Source: Ignavibacteriota bacterium (lineage in GTDB: Bacteria > Bacteroidota > Ignavibacteria > Palsa-1295). Taken from it: a DNA stretch of 64,000 nucleotides. The stretch covers positions 1 to 64,000 of the forward strand of contig CAWBEI010000003.1 in the NCBI GenBank assembly GCA_963787835.1, in the 5' to 3' direction. Made by a program: the position numbers and the translations under genes. The notes under the pieces are model-generated. The model was not told where the DNA came from, searched no databases, and saw only the letters and a program-made list of their open reading frames with translations. Positions 29,167 through 39,675 of this stretch are shown in pieces (position 1 is the first letter of the stretch; each line of letters begins with the position of its first letter).

Positions 29167-29597
29167 GGGGCCGCATCGGCGAGCAGACGAAGGGCATTGA
29201 TGTATCCCTGCGGCCCTCGCCCCATTATGAGGCGAACATTGGTCAGACCCTCAAACACACTATGCCTCCGAAATTCCTCCCGTTGTGTTAGATCGGTCAG
29301 ATGCACCTCTATCATCGGCTTATTCACTCCGGCCACGGCATCCCGCAGCGACCATGAATAATGCGCCAGCGCACCTGGATTCATGATGATAGCGTCGAGC
29401 CATTTTCGTTCCTCGTGTAAGCGGTCGATGATAGCACCTTCGTGATTGGACTGAAAGAATTTCAGATCCACATTGAACTTCCTGCCCTCATCCTCGATCA
29501 TCTGGTTAATATCCGCAAGGGTGCTGCGCCCATAGATCTCCGGTTCCCGCTCGCCGAGAAGGTTCAGATTCGGGCCGTGTAATACTAATATGTTCAT
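29163..29597 (-). CDS. aroQ: Type II 3-dehydroquinate dehydratase
   Basis: HGPNLNLLGEREPEIYG, QSNHEG, IEVHL. Confidence 0.96.
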   Translation of the reverse strand: MNILVLHGPNLNLLGEREPEIYGRSTLADINQMIEDEGRKFNVDLKFFQSNHEGAIIDRLHEERKWLDAIIMNPGALAHYSWSLRDAVAGVNKPMIEVHLTDLTQREEFRRHSVFEGLTNVRLIMGRGPQGYINALRLLADAAP

Positions 29598-31276
29598 GCG
29601 TACGTGAGCATTGTGTCAATGGCGCGGCGAGCGTCCTGCTCGGATATTTCTGTTACGAACGCATCACCGATCGAACGGAGAAGGATAACGCGCCCTTTCC
29701 CCTTTTTGTCACGAAGGAATTCAGTAAGCACTTGTTGCGTATTCAATTCAATGGTCAATTCACATGGAATTTCTCCGAGGGCAGAATCTATCTCCTTCCA
29801 GCTTTCTTTATCGAGAAATCCAAGTTCCTTCGAAAGCCATGCAGCCGCTCGCATTCCCAGAAGCACAGCCTCACCGTGAAGTAACAGCTTAAAATTTGTG
29901 GCTGATTCGAGTGCATGTCCGAATGTATGGCCAAAATTCAATAGTTCGCGGATACCATTTGCACGCTCGAATTCATCGGCTTCCACATATCGAAGTTTTT
30001 CCTTGATCGAATCGAAGATGACCGTTTCGTAGGTCGCATTCACGCCTTTCACAAGGCGATGAAGTTGCTTCGAAAGCCTGATCCACATCTCACGATCTCC
30101 GATGAGGGCATATTTTACTATTTCTGCCAGACCAGCATGAATTTCCCGTGGCGCAAGGGTCCTAAGATAGAGCGGATCGACCAGCACTAACTTTGGAGGG
30201 TAAATAGTGCCGATCAGATTCTTTCCTCCAAAAGAATCGATGCCTGTCTTACCACCAACAGCCGCATCTGCCTGCGCAATAAGCGTCGTGGGAATATGCA
30301 CGAGCGGCAGACCTCGATGATAAAGGCTTGCTGCGAAACCCACAATATCTGTCACTACCCCCCCGCCGAACGTCACGATCAACGAGGTTCGCCGAGAAGC
30401 ACCAAACTCATGAATGTGTCGTAGAATCGTTTGGAAGGTATCGCGATTCTTATTCGCTTCTCCGGCCGGAATTATTATTTGCCACAACAGGGACTTCTGT
30501 CCTACGGCGTTCTTAAACGCATCGCGAAATTCATTTCCGTGCAGCCTCTCGACATTCTCATCCATCACCACAATGACCTGAGAAAATCCATTTTCGACGA
30601 CAAAATGTCCCAACTCTCGCATTGCGATGCCATTACCGACAAAAATTGGATATTCCTCGAACGCGCTTTTAGCTACCAGCGTCCGGTGTCGAGGCTTAAG
30701 CGCGACACTTAGGGACATTTGATCGAGCGCCGTAAGAAGTTCCACGGCGAGTTCTGATGATGTATGCTCATTGCCGGGCTTGCTCCGCGAAACAAAATGA
30801 AGAACTGCTTCCTCATACCACGGGCGGCGTTGTTCCAGAAGGTGTGTAAGAGTCTTTTTCAGTTCCTCCGGTGACGTACCCGGAAAAAGTGGGCGACTGT
30901 GGCCATTCAAAATATCATCATGGATATTCCTTACTGCTTCACGGAGGGTTATATCGATCCAGATGGGAATGCCGGTGCCGCGCATGACCGCCCGATTGAG
31001 AGGATTAAGAATGATCCCGCCACCGGTAGCAACAATGTGCGGCTTCCCATTCGCCGATGCCACACGCATGAGCGCATCTGTTTCCAACTTGCGAAAAACA
31101 TCTTCGCCATCCAATGTGAATATCTCGGCGATCGTCCGGCCAGCAGCACGCTCGATCTCGGCATCGAGATCGACGAACCGATAATTATCAAGCAGCAGAG
31201 CAAGTTCCCTTCCGATCGCAGATTTACCTGCGCCAGGAAGCCCGATCAGATAAAGGTTGCGAGTACGCCAGGTCAT
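29594..31276 (-). CDS. aroKB: Bifunctional shikimate kinase / 3-dehydroquinate synthase fusion
   Basis: GLPGAGKS, ATGGG; then GGGVVTD, PTTLIAQADAAVGGKTG, LNFGHTFGHALE, HGEAV. Confidence 0.92.
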   Translation of the reverse strand: MTWRTRNLYLIGLPGAGKSAIGRELALLLDNYRFVDLDAEIERAAGRTIAEIFTLDGEDVFRKLETDALMRVASANGKPHIVATGGGIILNPLNRAVMRGTGIPIWIDITLREAVRNIHDDILNGHSRPLFPGTSPEELKKTLTHLLEQRRPWYEEAVLHFVSRSKPGNEHTSSELAVELLTALDQMSLSVALKPRHRTLVAKSAFEEYPIFVGNGIAMRELGHFVVENGFSQVIVVMDENVERLHGNEFRDAFKNAVGQKSLLWQIIIPAGEANKNRDTFQTILRHIHEFGASRRTSLIVTFGGGVVTDIVGFAASLYHRGLPLVHIPTTLIAQADAAVGGKTGIDSFGGKNLIGTIYPPKLVLVDPLYLRTLAPREIHAGLAEIVKYALIGDREMWIRLSKQLHRLVKGVNATYETVIFDSIKEKLRYVEADEFERANGIRELLNFGHTFGHALESATNFKLLLHGEAVLLGMRAAAWLSKELGFLDKESWKEIDSALGEIPCELTIELNTQQVLTEFLRDKKGKGRVILLRSIGDAFVTEISEQDARRAIDTMLTYA

Positions 31277-32445
31277 TTCCTGCTAAGATGAAGTGCAGCT
31301 CTGCGAATTTCAACTCGTTCTTTCAACTCCGATATCGTATCGCCCGCGAAGGCTTCCAACAGCTCGCTCGCAATAGTTAACGCCACCACTTGTTCGACGA
31401 TCACAGCCAATGCCGGAACTGCGCACACATCGCTGCGTTCGATGTGCGCTTCTGTTTCTTCGCCTGTCGCAAGATCGACCGAGTCCAGCGGCCTCATTAA
31501 TGTTGAGATAGGTTTCATGTGCGCGCGGACCACGATAGGCTCTCCGTTCGACATGCCGCCTTCAATTCCACCGGCATTATTACTTCCTCGGACGATCGTT
31601 CCTTCACGGATCCCGATGCTATCATGCACCTGGGAACCGAGGCTTCGTGCCGAATGCACTCCAGCCCCTATTTCAACGGCCTTCACCGCCTGAATGCTCA
31701 TGAGAGCCTTTGCGAGATTACCATCGAGTTTTCGATCCCAATGAACGTGGCTTCCAAGTCCGGGCGGAATATTACGAACCACGCATTCTACGGTGCCACC
31801 AAGCGTATTCCCGCTTGCTTTTGCTTCATCTATTTTCGCGATCACTTGTTGCTCGATAGATGGGTTTAACATTCGAACTCGGCTTGAACTATATATCTCG
31901 CGGGCATTGAAAACTTCGTCGATCGTTTCTGCTTCTGCGAGAATACCACCGATTGCCGAAACATAACAAGCTGATTCGAAATTCAAGGCTAGCAACAGTG
32001 TGCTTGCAATCCCCCCGATAGCCGTTCGCATCGCTGTTTCGCGAGCACTTGCGCGTTCGAAGACATTGCGAAGATCTTTATGTCCATACTTCATCGCACC
32101 GGCGAGATCGGCGTGGCCGGGACGTGGAACCGTAACAGCAGTTAGTTCCGCCTCCGACGGAGTAACGGGCATACGTTCTTTCCATCGCTCCCAATCTTTA
32201 TTTTCAATAAGCAGCGCTATCGGTGCTCCGGTTGTCGCACCATTTCGAACACCAGAGATGATACGAGCTTTATCGTTCTCGATCAGTTGGCGCCTCCCGC
32301 GTCCATGCCCCTTCTGACGCTGTTGAAGGATGGGATCGATATCGCGCTCGGCGACAAGCGAGAGTCCCGCCGGCATTCCTTCAAGAATTCCGGCAAGCAT
32401 TTCCCCGTGTGATTCTCCGGCGGTCAGGTAGCGAAGGCGTCCCAT
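31273..32445 (-). CDS. aroC: Chorismate synthase
   Basis: TAGESHG, PRPGHAD, ERASARETA, GGIEGGMSNG, ERSD. Confidence 0.96.
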   Translation of the reverse strand: MGRLRYLTAGESHGEMLAGILEGMPAGLSLVAERDIDPILQQRQKGHGRGRRQLIENDKARIISGVRNGATTGAPIALLIENKDWERWKERMPVTPSEAELTAVTVPRPGHADLAGAMKYGHKDLRNVFERASARETAMRTAIGGIASTLLLALNFESACYVSAIGGILAEAETIDEVFNAREIYSSSRVRMLNPSIEQQVIAKIDEAKASGNTLGGTVECVVRNIPPGLGSHVHWDRKLDGNLAKALMSIQAVKAVEIGAGVHSARSLGSQVHDSIGIREGTIVRGSNNAGGIEGGMSNGEPIVVRAHMKPISTLMRPLDSVDLATGEETEAHIERSDVCAVPALAVIVEQVVALTIASELLEAFAGDTISELKERVEIRRAALHLSRK

Positions 32446-33314
32446 CGTGGTGTCAATAAATGTGATAGTGTATCGTGACCGTTTCGGAATTCTTCATTGC
32501 TCAATAATGAGTGATCCACTAACGTTCCAGTCATCCAAAAATGCTGGGAAAGCGCGGCTTGCTCCATAAGCATTCCCAGCCCATCCACAATGGTTGCTCC
32601 ACCGTTTGCCGCGCAGTCAAGAAATCGGGTTCGGAGCGGGTTATAGACCAGATCAATCGCAATATCTCCACTTCTCCATTCATAACCCTCTAATAGCGAA
32701 TGGGATGTTCGCTGGCCGACCGGCGTAGCCTGAACAATACATTGCTTCCCATCATCCCGCGAAATTCCTTCGATGGGAAGAACGGAAACGGAATCGTAAG
32801 CCTTGACGGCCCGACGCCCCGCTTCAAACGACCTTGCTGCCATTGAAATGTCTTTCCATCCCCATCGATGGATGGCAAATAATACAGCTCGTGCTGCTCC
32901 GCCAGCTCCAAGAATTTTAAGGGAATATTCAAAAGGTACAAGACCATGGAGGCATTTCTGAAGCGCAAATCGAAAACCATCACCATCAGTCGAAACAATT
33001 ATGGGATGTGACAGACAAAGCACAGTGTTTGCCGAATGTATTTGATCTACCAACGGTGAAACTTCGCCAACGACCGTCGAGACAGCATATTTATAAGGGA
33101 ATGTAACATTGAATCCCACATACCCATTCTTCTCACCATTTTCAATGTGAGATAGAAACTCACTCTCATTCGCGCATTCTAATTTTCCATAATCCAGAGC
33201 CTCGAACTGGCCACCACACTTTGCTCGAACGCTTTCAAAAAGATGGCTATGAACTTCGGGAGAAATGCTATGATCGAGCGATCGTCCCAGCAGCCCGGCT
33301 TTTAAGATGTTCAT
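32424..33314 (-). CDS. aroE: Shikimate dehydrogenase
   Basis: HSISPEVH, FNVTFPYK, GAGGAARA, DLVYNP, DGLGMLMEQA. Confidence 0.9.
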   Translation of the reverse strand: MNILKAGLLGRSLDHSISPEVHSHLFESVRAKCGGQFEALDYGKLECANESEFLSHIENGEKNGYVGFNVTFPYKYAVSTVVGEVSPLVDQIHSANTVLCLSHPIIVSTDGDGFRFALQKCLHGLVPFEYSLKILGAGGAARAVLFAIHRWGWKDISMAARSFEAGRRAVKAYDSVSVLPIEGISRDDGKQCIVQATPVGQRTSHSLLEGYEWRSGDIAIDLVYNPLRTRFLDCAANGGATIVDGLGMLMEQAALSQHFWMTGTLVDHSLLSNEEFRNGHDTLSHLLTPRWDAFAT

Positions 33315-34666
33315 GGCTCGCTTAGCTGGACACATTCATTCCCGCACAAGAGCTGGAGATGCCGAAAGAACTCCGGATACGAAATGGCGGCGGCATCCGC
33401 ATCTTCAATACGGCTCTCCGAATTGCAAAATAATGCTGCAATAGAAAACGACATCAGCAAGCGGTGGTCTCCGCCATGAAGGATCGGTGTATTGAAAAGC
33501 ATTCGGTCAGGAATGCCCTCAATAATAATTCCATCGTCTGTCTCCTCGGTCTCAACTCCAAATCTTTGAAATTGCTTAGCGGTAAGGCCAAGGCGGTCAC
33601 TTTCTTTCACGCGTAGTTCCTGCGCTCCGTGGATCGTGCTCTCGCCATCGGCGAACAGAGCAAGCACCATTATGATCGGGAGCTCGTCGATGAGAAGCGG
33701 AACATCTTCCGAATCAATATGGAAAGGAGTAAGCGGCTCCTTCAGCCGATCACCATAGACGGTGATATTGCCACGAGGCTCGTGCCATGCTTCGATAATA
33801 TTGCTTGCCTCTATTTCAACCCCCATCAGTGAAAGAATATCCAGAAATCGAGTGCGGCTGGGGTTGAGCGAAACGCCCTCGACGACAAGCCTTCGGCGGA
33901 GTAGCACAGCCGCTGCAATAAGAAACGCTGCACTGGATAGATCGCCGGGAACTTCATAACTAATTTCTTCAGGAAGCTCCGGTTTAACATCCGGCAAAAT
34001 TTGGATCGTTTCGTCCCGCTCGATGCCAAATCCAAACGCAGCAAGCATTCGCTCGGTATGATCGCGGCTTGGCGCTGATTCTACGATGGTCGTTGGGGTG
34101 TCTGCAAACAATCCTGCCAGCATGATCGCAGTCTTTATTTGTGCCGACGGTACCGGTAATGTAACGGTTGCGCCATGGAGCTTTTGTCCGGCAATGTCAA
34201 GTGGAAGTGTTCCCTTCGGGTCAGTTGCGATGATCGCATCCATTTCGGCAAGCAGATTTGCAAGCCGCTTCATGGGGCGTGTGGAAAGCGAAGCATCCCC
34301 CGTAAGCGTGCTTGCAAATGTCTGACCGGCCAATAACCCCATCAGAAGTCGCGCCGTAGTCCCCGAGTTCGCGCAGTTGATGGCATGGGTTGGTGAACGG
34401 TAACCTCGGCGGCCTACGCCATGCAACTCGATACGGTCATCCTCTACATCCACTGGAACGCCAAGGGATTCCAGTGCAAGTACGGTGGCAATAACATCAT
34501 CGGAAATGGCTGCCGGTGAAGCGATCGGGATCTGAAAATGGGAGGTTGTGAGCGATCCAATAAATAATAAGCGATGAAGAATGGATTTATCGGGAGGCAT
34601 CCGGAAGATAATTTCCTCCGGAAGTTCGCGGTGTATATGGCCGACCGGAGTTATTCGTGCGACCAT
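33311..34666 (-). CDS. aroA: EPSP synthase
   Basis: DKSILHR, NSGTTARL, SAQIK, RDHTE, RVKESDR, DHR. Confidence 0.94.
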   Translation of the reverse strand: MVARITPVGHIHRELPEEIIFRMPPDKSILHRLLFIGSLTTSHFQIPIASPAAISDDVIATVLALESLGVPVDVEDDRIELHGVGRRGYRSPTHAINCANSGTTARLLMGLLAGQTFASTLTGDASLSTRPMKRLANLLAEMDAIIATDPKGTLPLDIAGQKLHGATVTLPVPSAQIKTAIMLAGLFADTPTTIVESAPSRDHTERMLAAFGFGIERDETIQILPDVKPELPEEISYEVPGDLSSAAFLIAAAVLLRRRLVVEGVSLNPSRTRFLDILSLMGVEIEASNIIEAWHEPRGNITVYGDRLKEPLTPFHIDSEDVPLLIDELPIIMVLALFADGESTIHGAQELRVKESDRLGLTAKQFQRFGVETEETDDGIIIEGIPDRMLFNTPILHGGDHRLLMSFSIAALFCNSESRIEDADAAAISYPEFFRHLQLLCGNECVQLSEP

Positions 34667-34703
34667 AAATTATAGAGCACCAGATCGTTTACTATCATGC
34701 ACG

Positions 34704-35660
34704 TTACATCTCACTGGAAAGTGGCTCTTGTGGAATAGTTGTTTTCGGGAGCACGCCGAGCATTCCAAGTGCTTCACGCGCTGCATTTTGTTCTGCCTCT
34801 TTTTTGGAGCGGCCGGTTCCCGAGCCATGGCGAAGCCCACTTACCATGACATCGACCGTAAACGTCCGGGAATGATTTGGGCCATCTTCGCTCACCGTCA
34901 CATATTTGGGGGAAGATAATTTCTTGGATTGCACGAACTCCAGCAGCATGGACTTATAATTCTTATCCGAAAGCATGAGTTCGTCGCGCCGGGCATGTGT
35001 GATAATGTTCCGGTAAATGAAATCTCGAGCAGCGGTCATTCCACCATCGAGATAGATCGCGGCGATCAGTGCCTCGTACGCATCAGCGAGCAGTGTGGAT
35101 GAACCACGTTTCAATGCAGCATCGGCAGAACTGGAAAGCAGTAGAAACTGCTCCAGTTGAATATCCATTGCGTGATGCACAAGCGCTGCGCCGGAAACAA
35201 GCCGCGAGCGAAGCTTTGTCAGATCGCCTTCTGGAAGCGCTTCGAACTCACCATACAAATATTCTGCTATGACAAGATTGAGTATGGAGTCGCCAAGAAA
35301 TTCAAGCCGTTCATTCGATTTGAGCGTCGGATATTGCGCGAATTGCAAATAGGACCGGTGTGTGAGCGCCTGCAGAAAATACGCGCGATGCTTGATCGTG
35401 TAGCCGATACGCCGTTCCAGATTATTGAAATCCTGCGCCGACAAGACCGGACGAGCCGTGCCCGGTACTACTTCGAATAATGGAACAGCGCTGGGAGTTT
35501 CTTTCTCGCGAAGCTTTTCTTCGATGCGCGCTTTTCGGGCGCGGCCCAATTCCCGGTACCGATCGATGCGCGTTCGCATGCGATCGAGCAAACTGTGCTC
35601 TTCACGTTGGTGCTCCTCGTCTTTGCGCCTGCGTGGATCGAAAAAGCTGGTCGCGCTCAA
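34704..35660 (-). CDS. rnc: Ribonuclease III with long charged N-terminal extension
   Basis: ALTHRS, NERLEFLGDSIL, dsRBD NYKSMLLE...SKKEAEQNAA. Confidence 0.95.
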   Translation of the reverse strand: MSATSFFDPRRRKDEEHQREEHSLLDRMRTRIDRYRELGRARKARIEEKLREKETPSAVPLFEVVPGTARPVLSAQDFNNLERRIGYTIKHRAYFLQALTHRSYLQFAQYPTLKSNERLEFLGDSILNLVIAEYLYGEFEALPEGDLTKLRSRLVSGAALVHHAMDIQLEQFLLLSSSADAALKRGSSTLLADAYEALIAAIYLDGGMTAARDFIYRNIITHARRDELMLSDKNYKSMLLEFVQSKKLSSPKYVTVSEDGPNHSRTFTVDVMVSGLRHGSGTGRSKKEAEQNAAREALGMLGVLPKTTIPQEPLSSEM

Positions 35661-35699
35661 GAAATGGTAATTAGAGAGTACGCTCGTGGATCCAAACGA

Positions 35700-36953
35700 T
35701 CACTCTTCAAAGCGTTTAAAAATAAGTGTGGCATTATGGCCGCCGAAACCAAACCCATTGCTCATGGCGGCTTCGATCTTCATGGGGTGGGCGACATTCG
35801 GAACGTAATCCAGATCGCAGGCCGGATCGGGAAATTCATAATTGATCGTCGGTGGCGCGATCTGATCTCGAATCGCCAGAACGGTGGCAATCGCCTCGAC
35901 CGCTCCAGCTGCGCCAAGCAAGTGACCCGTCATGGATTTTGTGGAACTTATCGCTACTTTGCGGGCATGATCGCCACAGACAACCTTGATCGCCTCTGAC
36001 TCCGAAATGTCACCGATCTGCGTGGAAGTACCATGCACATTGATATAATCAATATCCTGTGGCAATAAATTAGAGGATTCTATTGCCATCCGCATCGAAC
36101 GCACTGCCCCCTCGCCACCTGGCGCAGGTTGTGTGATATGATACGCATCGGCAGATAGCCCGAAACCAGCAAACTCTGCATAGATCCTCGCGCCGCGAGC
36201 TCTGGCGTGGTCCAGCGATTCCAGAATGAGCGTAGCAGCGCCTTCGCCGATCACAAAGCCATCGCGTTCTTTGTCGAACGGGCGGCTTGCTTTTTCAGGC
36301 GCATCGTTGCGGGTCGAAAGTGCTTTCATCGCATTGAATCCGCCAACACCCATTGGAGAGATCACGGCCTCCGACCCTCCGGCAACCATGATCTCCGAAG
36401 TTCCACGCTCGATGAGCATGACCGCGTCGATGATCGCGTTATTGCCCGTCGCGCACGCGCTTGTCGTAGCGTAGTTCGGGCCTTTTAAGCCATGTCGCAT
36501 CGAGATGTAGCCCGCGCAAATATCGCTGATGAGCATTGGCACAAAGAACGGTGAGATGCGATGAGGGCCGCCAGTCTCATACAACGTTTCCTGCTGTTTG
36601 AGATAGGTCCACATGCCGCCGATACCCGAGCCGAAGATCACGCCGAACCGGTTTCGATCTACCTTTTCAAGATCGATCCCGGAATCTTTGATCGCCATAT
36701 CCGTGGACGCGACACCGAACTGTGTAAAAAGATCCATGCGGTTCTGCATTTTCCGGTCGATGAAATCGAGCGGATTGAATCCCTTCACTTCGCACGCAAA
36801 TTTGGTGTCGTAGTTCGACGCATCGAAACGGGTAATTGGGGCCGCGCCCGAGCGGCCGCTCGTCAGACCATTCCAAAAGGAATCAAGGTCCAACCCGAGC
36901 GGCGTGACCGCGCCCATGCCCGTAACAACTATTCTGCGGCGTCCTTCCGACAT
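35700..36953 (-). CDS. fabF: Beta-ketoacyl-ACP synthase II
   Basis: TSACATG, HGTST, KSMTGHLLGAAG, NGFGFGG. Confidence 0.97.
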   Translation of the reverse strand: MSEGRRRIVVTGMGAVTPLGLDLDSFWNGLTSGRSGAAPITRFDASNYDTKFACEVKGFNPLDFIDRKMQNRMDLFTQFGVASTDMAIKDSGIDLEKVDRNRFGVIFGSGIGGMWTYLKQQETLYETGGPHRISPFFVPMLISDICAGYISMRHGLKGPNYATTSACATGNNAIIDAVMLIERGTSEIMVAGGSEAVISPMGVGGFNAMKALSTRNDAPEKASRPFDKERDGFVIGEGAATLILESLDHARARGARIYAEFAGFGLSADAYHITQPAPGGEGAVRSMRMAIESSNLLPQDIDYINVHGTSTQIGDISESEAIKVVCGDHARKVAISSTKSMTGHLLGAAGAVEAIATVLAIRDQIAPPTINYEFPDPACDLDYVPNVAHPMKIEAAMSNGFGFGGHNATLIFKRFEE

Positions 36954-36959
36954 GGTAAT

Positions 36960-37199
36960 TTACTGCTTGGCGGTGATGTAGGTGATCGCGTCTCCAACGG
37001 TCTGGATCTTCTCTGCATCTTCGTCAGGAATTTGAAGGTTGAATGCCTTCTCGAATTCCATCACGAGTTCGACGGTATCGAGGGAATCCGCACCGAGGTC
37101 GTTCGTGAACGAAGCCGCTGGTGTGATCTGTGAGTCCTCAACGCCGAGCTTGCTGACGATGATCTCTTTAACTTTCGATTCTACGTTTTGATCTGCCAT
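36960..37199 (-). CDS. acpP: Acyl carrier protein
   Basis: [14 protein letters not shown]. Confidence 0.98.
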   Translation of the reverse strand: MADQNVESKVKEIIVSKLGVEDSQITPAASFTNDLGADSLDTVELVMEFEKAFNLQIPDEDAEKIQTVGDAITYITAKQ

Positions 37200-37251
37200 G
37201 TTTTTGGTAAAAGTGCTAAAAAGCTATGTTCTAAGTTGTTGTTGATAAAAT

Positions 37252-38019
37252 TTACATCACCATGCCACCATCGACAACGATGACCTGGCCGGTTACATAA
37301 TCTGCTGCTTCCGATGCTAAAAAGCCGACTACGTTCGCAATATCCTTTGGCTTGCCTGCTCGCTTAAGAGGAACAGTGGTAAGCATTGCCTCGCGCTGGG
37401 CATCGTTAAGCTTTGCGGTCATTTCTGTTTCGATGAAGCCCGGCGCAACAGCGTTAACCGTTATATTGCGCGAGGCAACTTCTTTTGCGATCGACTTTGT
37501 AAAGCCAATCACACCTGCCTTCGAAGCCGAGTAATTCGCCTGCCCGGCATTACCGGTTATGCCTACAACACTGGCAACGTTAATTATCTTCCCCTGTTTT
37601 TGGGACATCATGGTGCGAAGCACGCCTTTCGTCATATTAAATACGCCCTTCAGGTTAATATCGAGCACGAAATCCCAGTCAGCTTCTGACATGCGCATCA
37701 ATAGCCCGTCCTTGGTAACGCCTGCATTATTGACTAAAACATCGATTCGGCCATGCTCTGCGACGACGCCATCGATATATGCTTGTGTAACGACGGGGTC
37801 GCGCACGTCGATAATGGCATGCTGGACTTTCAGCTTGTCTGGAGTAAGGCTTTGCTTGGTGAGCGTTTCGGCCATTTCAGAGCCAGCCGGATCGTTCGAA
37901 GCCGCAGCAATAGTATAGCCCTTAAAGAAAAGCTCTTCGACAATGGCACGGCCAATGCCTCGTGACCCTCCGGTCACGATCGCCACTTTCTTTTCTCCAG
38001 CGTATATATGTGGAAGCAT
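37252..38019 (-). CDS. fabG: 3-oxoacyl-ACP reductase
   Basis: TGGSRGIG, NNAG, YSASKAG, VDGG. Confidence 0.96.
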   Translation of the reverse strand: MLPHIYAGEKKVAIVTGGSRGIGRAIVEELFFKGYTIAAASNDPAGSEMAETLTKQSLTPDKLKVQHAIIDVRDPVVTQAYIDGVVAEHGRIDVLVNNAGVTKDGLLMRMSEADWDFVLDINLKGVFNMTKGVLRTMMSQKQGKIINVASVVGITGNAGQANYSASKAGVIGFTKSIAKEVASRNITVNAVAPGFIETEMTAKLNDAQREAMLTTVPLKRAGKPKDIANVVGFLASEAADYVTGQVIVVDGGMVM

Positions 38020-38037
38020 GTATGATGGAATAATGAA

Positions 38038-38751
38038 TTATAACGTCACTTGAACAAAACTGGCCTTCAAACGCTCCGCTTCGAAACGCTCGCGGTTGGC
38101 ATCGTAGTAGGCTCGGAGCTTAGGGAATTCATCCGGCCCAAGAAAATGCTGAAGCTCTTCCTGCATGGCTTCGAAAACGGAATGAACATAATTCCCAGCT
38201 CCTTTTGGGCCGCAGTAATGAAGATCCTCGGAATGTCCATCATCATACGTTAGAATCCCATTGACAACGGTAACTGGAAACAGGATGCAAAAATCCGGTT
38301 TCCAAGCCCAGCGATGCAACCCTGCATTTGCCGCAGCAACCTGAATGGAACAATAATGCCGCTTGTCTAAAAAAACACAGCCTTCAGTAAAACCGGAGAT
38401 GCCTCCGTCACGATCATGCACATCGGTACCAATAGCACGTCCGGATGGGAAATCGGGATCTTCGATAATCTCGCCATCGAACCAGGTTTCGGTATCGGTG
38501 TCCTGCGTATCATCCATTGCTGCCGCGATCTCCGTGGCGTGTTCGAGAATTCTATCGTGCTCGCCCATGTCGGCATAGACGCCGGAGTGGCAACAGCCAC
38601 CGCCGCATTTTGAGATGTCACAGTAATGCACAAAGCCATGCGTAAAGAGAATGTCATCCACGCGGTAGCCGCGCACCGTGATCGGGGCGATCCTGCTTTC
38701 AGGAATATCGTCTGTCGGTGGAATTGGATCCTTAAAATGGCCTTCTGACAT
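38038..38751 (-). CDS. Cys-rich DUF3109/YkgJ-like protein
   Basis: CDISKCGGGCC, CVFL...CSI, KPDFCILFP. Confidence 0.7.
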   Translation of the reverse strand: MSEGHFKDPIPPTDDIPESRIAPITVRGYRVDDILFTHGFVHYCDISKCGGGCCHSGVYADMGEHDRILEHATEIAAAMDDTQDTDTETWFDGEIIEDPDFPSGRAIGTDVHDRDGGISGFTEGCVFLDKRHYCSIQVAAANAGLHRWAWKPDFCILFPVTVVNGILTYDDGHSEDLHYCGPKGAGNYVHSVFEAMQEELQHFLGPDEFPKLRAYYDANRERFEAERLKASFVQVTL

Positions 38752-38759
38752 TTGATTTC

Positions 38760-39671
38760 TTACGCTAATACAGTTTTTGGTTTCTCGACACCGCTTACTT
38801 TGACGTTACTAAGAGTTCTGCTTATCAAACCTTGTAATACCTTACCGGGACCGTACTCCACAAATTCCCTTATGCCGAAATCGTACATGTTCTTCACGGA
38901 TTCTTCCCACCGCACCGGTGAGGTAAGTTGCTGAACGAGCAGCGAACGGATCTCTTCCGGATCATCGACCGGCTCGGCAGTAACATTTCCGAATACCGGA
39001 ATAGACGGTCTGGATATTTCCGTAGATTGTAATGCTTCACGCAGTCCATCCGCCGCATATTGCATGAGTGGAGAATGGAATGCACCGGATACCGGAAGTT
39101 CCTTTGCGATCCGAACACCAGCAGCCTTGGCACGGCGTATTACTTCCTGCACGCCAAGGTTGGAACCCGAAATTACGATCTGTCCCGGCGAATTGAAATT
39201 GGCGGGACGAACAATATTTCCCGATTCGGATTCAACCTCTTGACAAAGTTTAGTAAGCTCCACCGCTTCCATTCCAATAATGGCTGCCATGGTTCCGGAA
39301 ACTCTCCGGCCAGCTTCACCCATCAATGTTCCGCGAAGATGCACCAACAAGAGCGCATCCTCAAATTTCAAAGAGCCAGCAGCCGTGAGCGCTGTGTATT
39401 CCCCAAGCGAATGCCCTGCGGCAGCTTGTGGCTCCAAACGGTCTTCATCATGCTTTAGCGCGATCATTGAGTGAAGAAAAATCGCCGGCTGGGTGTATTC
39501 CGTTTGTCGCAATACATCTTCCGGTCCTTCAAGCATCGTCTTCGAAAGATGAATATGCAACAGATCGTCTGCTTCCTGCATCATCGCCTTAGCGGACGGA
39601 TATGCGCTCGCGAACTCGCGGCACATGCCGGTGTATTGCGAACCTTGACCGGGAAAAACGTATGCGATCAT
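38760..39671 (-). CDS. fabD: Malonyl-CoA:ACP transacylase
   Basis: FPGQGSQ, GHSLGE, SGAFHS; start MIAYVF. Confidence 0.96.
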   Translation of the reverse strand: MIAYVFPGQGSQYTGMCREFASAYPSAKAMMQEADDLLHIHLSKTMLEGPEDVLRQTEYTQPAIFLHSMIALKHDEDRLEPQAAAGHSLGEYTALTAAGSLKFEDALLLVHLRGTLMGEAGRRVSGTMAAIIGMEAVELTKLCQEVESESGNIVRPANFNSPGQIVISGSNLGVQEVIRRAKAAGVRIAKELPVSGAFHSPLMQYAADGLREALQSTEISRPSIPVFGNVTAEPVDDPEEIRSLLVQQLTSPVRWEESVKNMYDFGIREFVEYGPGKVLQGLISRTLSNVKVSGVEKPKTVLA

Positions 39672-39675
39672 GTAA

